Shown in pieces: positions 61,000 through 64,000 of a stretch of DNA of 64,000 bases. Source of the stretch: Fimbriosthenelais zetlandica (taxonomy: Eukaryota); contig OZ365118.1 of the NCBI GenBank assembly GCA_977030845.1, positions 18,228,001 to 18,292,000 on the forward strand, written 5' to 3'. Both the position numbers and the translations under genes were made by a program. The notes beneath the pieces are model-generated. The model was not told the DNA's origin, ran no database searches, and saw only the letters and a program-made list of their open reading frames with translations. Positions within the stretch are counted from its first letter, which is position 1, and every line of letters starts with the position of its first letter.

Positions 61000-63900
61000 C
61001 CCCATCTCTCTCTGATCTAGACGTGATTATTTGTCTCGGTGCTGTGGTGACGGGGGAATGTGGGCCATGGTGGTCAATGATGGCTGTTATATCTCTGATA
61101 TTGTTGAGAGACCATGAGGCTTGTCTCGTGTCTGGGTCAGCCACTATAGGCAATGACTAGACCGCCATATGTAGGCCTATTATTATATATCATTTATTGC
61201 ATCAAATAATATTTCCCTTTTCTAAACAGCTAAATTTAAACCTCATTTGAAAAAGGAAAAGTTTAAGGAACAAGAGGTAAGATTGTTTTGGGTTCATTTT
61301 GAAAAGGAAGTCTACAAGGAACTACAATAACCCTTTCCAATAACCGGTACCCAAAAACATTCCCAAACCCAGGCTCAGTTAGCTGTAATTAATACCCCAA
61401 CAGTCCTGTTATCTGGAGAAAGATCAGAATAAAGGAGATCACATTTCTTCATTTGGTAACTGTAGGAGAAGCTTGTTAATGAAGCCTTTGTTCAACTTCT
61501 CGCTACCTCATCGTATAGCGTGTGGATTTCACCCATTTCTTGGACACACTCCCCATGGAGAGTCTATGTGGCAGCGCTTGGACATTTGATTCAGCCTCAC
61601 AGTGGCCCAGTGGTCCATTGACTGTATTCAGGGCTTTCTCTAGTCATGAGTCATGATGCCCTACTGACAAAACGTATATATATATATGGAGAAATACATT
61701 TCTAAATTCCTCAAATATGCTCCTAGAATGGCAAATGGGGAGCAATTAGAGAGGCAATTGTGTCCCCCAGCGAGGTAAAATGTGTATGTTTCTGGTCATA
61801 ATAAAACCACATTTGACTACCAGGTAGGAGTGACTGCCAGGTACGTTTTTGTGGGGAGGGTATTTGAGGTGGTGTGAATGTAGCAGGTATACATGTGACT
61901 CGGCTAATGAGCTGCTCTGTAGGTGTTCAATATTGATCACCTCGACCCACCACTAGTACCACCTGTTGGTAGACCCGGGTAACAGCATTATCTCATCCTC
62001 CAGTACAGTTAACCCATGTGGTGCTGGGGAAGCCCGGACATACAGCCTCAATGTCCAAAGCTCTCCAAAGCTTTTTTCCCAGGCTTTGAGCTCCGGGAAA
62101 GCTTGGTAGACGCATTGTATAGCATGGCTACAATCCCTGGATGTAACTGGAGCTTGTGAGTCCTACATCTATAGGTCTATGAAAATCCTATAAATCTACT
62201 CCCTATCTATCATCCACTTGCTGCATAATATGATATATATAGCGAATTAATTTTCCTGATAAATGTTCAGAAATGACACCTGCTGTTAATCTAAAATATT
62301 ATAAGGAAACTATAAGTGTATTTTGTGTGGATGTACATGCTGAGTTGGTACATCTTGTCTGAGCTATATCTCAATTGCCCGCGGCCCTGAGGGCGGTAAT
62401 AGACTGTGTAAATTGTCCCCGATGATTGGGAATCATCTCCCTGTGGCCGCACGGTCAGTCCCTAATTCACCATGATTTATAATGTCTGACGTCTGGAGGC
62501 ACATTACCAGAAATGTGACTTATACAGGCGTGACTGGGGGCCGTCAGACGGAGTGATGGTTAGTGGTGGTAATACAGAGACAGTATATCAGCATATCACT
62601 GATGGCCATGTGATAACATGTATTATATCACATAGCATGAAGCTTTTACATGATGTAATATGACAACCACTGACAACCTGCTATAGCCACTCTCATGGAC
62701 CCCATGTCCACCCCAACACTGAACATATTTTATCTATAAAATCATAAATGGTCTTGTCCGTTCATATCTGCTCCGAGCCTCTTTGAGTTAAGTACCCAGG
62801 CACAGAATCGATTCATATCTTGTACAAATCGCTTTGAGTTAAGTGGCCCTGCATAGAGTCTGTTCCTACCCTGTACAAATGGTTTCCAGTTATATTAAGA
62901 GCCCAGGATTATCTTCCATTGGAAGAACGTTGTCATGTGTTGGAAAAGTGAACAAAATATTGTTTGTTTGAAATTAATTCATTAAAAATATAATACGATT
63001 TCCTCAGCCCTCTCGTACTGCATTTCCCCACATTTATTTTACCACAAAATAAGAACTGGACGGAATTAACAGCCCTGAGCCTAATGAAAACCGATCTGGT
63101 GTTAATTGATACCTTTGTAGGGAGACATTCCACACCCTTCCCCCAGATTGAATTTGACTTTTAAGGCGGGGTATAAATTCCCTGCCCTAACATTACATTA
63201 GTTTGCTCATCGGCTTTCTCTCATGTTTTCTCCCCACCTCTGTTTCTGAAATGATTGGCAAAGAATTGGGTGAGAACAAGCGTTCGTCATTTCTATGTTA
63301 AGCACACGGGCCCTTCTCACGTCCTCCTATGAATATGTGAATGTATGATTAACCCATTCATCGTCAACACTGAGCCCCTCAGAGCCGCTCCTTTCCTTTG
63401 CTCGCCGACCTTGGCGAGACCTTGGCGAGTGTTAGCTATTGGCGAGGTCGGCCTTTATTGCTCCAGGTGTGACCTTTGACACGTCTCTCTCCTGTGACAA
63501 TTGATTTATGGCGATTTTTACACAAGACAGGAGCGGAAAATGTTTCTGCTTTCTTTAATGTTCATTCTGACGTAGTCAGGTAAAAGCAAAAGTTTAGATT
63601 TTTCCAGCTTCTGAACACTCGATACTTCCATGCACTGCTTAGCAATGTTATCTGACGAGAAAAACGAAACCGAAACTTGGTGAAATAACGTCACTATTCC
63701 ATGGATGCCATGTTGTAATTGCAGCATTAGATTGACGGGGTAAGAATGATTATTGTGTCTATTTAAGGAGTCATTTCCCGGCATTTTTCACCGGTGGCTG
63801 TTGGGGAGTGAATGAATGACTGGTATTGAGGGATGTAATGGTGGTTTAACCATCGTCTTAATCAGGTTATCTGCCGTGTTAATGAACATAATCCATTTAT

Positions 63901-64000
63901 CTGCCAACTTAATGGAGCTCACTGAATGGAGCTGGTAGCAACAACCACTTCTTGTAGTGCTCTGTCATGACTGGAAGCTGAAGACCAACATTGAGGCTTG

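Noticed and set aside
60644-61160. Several ORFs (ERERER / LSLSLS)
   Set aside because: Artefacts of the (CT)n and polypyrimidine tract, which lacks stop codons.

Overview
Eukaryotic (metazoan, probably invertebrate; taxon not determinable from this window) genomic DNA with spliced genes. From 5' to 3': (1) the 3' part of a PLK4 gene (+; post-kinase linker with DSGxxT degron, cryptic polo box PB1-PB2, PB3; stop at 4516); (2) a tRNA-derived SINE-like element; (3) a 7-coding-exon sacsin gene (+; 4213 aa by my splicing) with three HATPase-like repeats and a 10.6-kb last exon, but no UBL domain and, apparently, no DnaJ or HEPN domain; (4) two intronless-CDS UDP-glycosyltransferase paralogs (-) that are about 99% identical except in a sharply bounded acceptor-binding block, both lacking the usual catalytic His; (5) about 34 kb of mostly non-coding DNA with decayed LINE relics, a TA-flanked MITE family, a 1.09-kb tandem duplication and many minisatellites; (6) inside that region, two tandem paralogous phase-1 terminal exons (-) encoding a TM helix plus a PPSY tail under clear purifying selection, each preceded by the same intronic 12-mer, whose upstream exons I could not find. 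All gene models are hand-derived from GT-AG sites and reading-frame continuity. No database search was run, so family assignments rest on recalled motifs.
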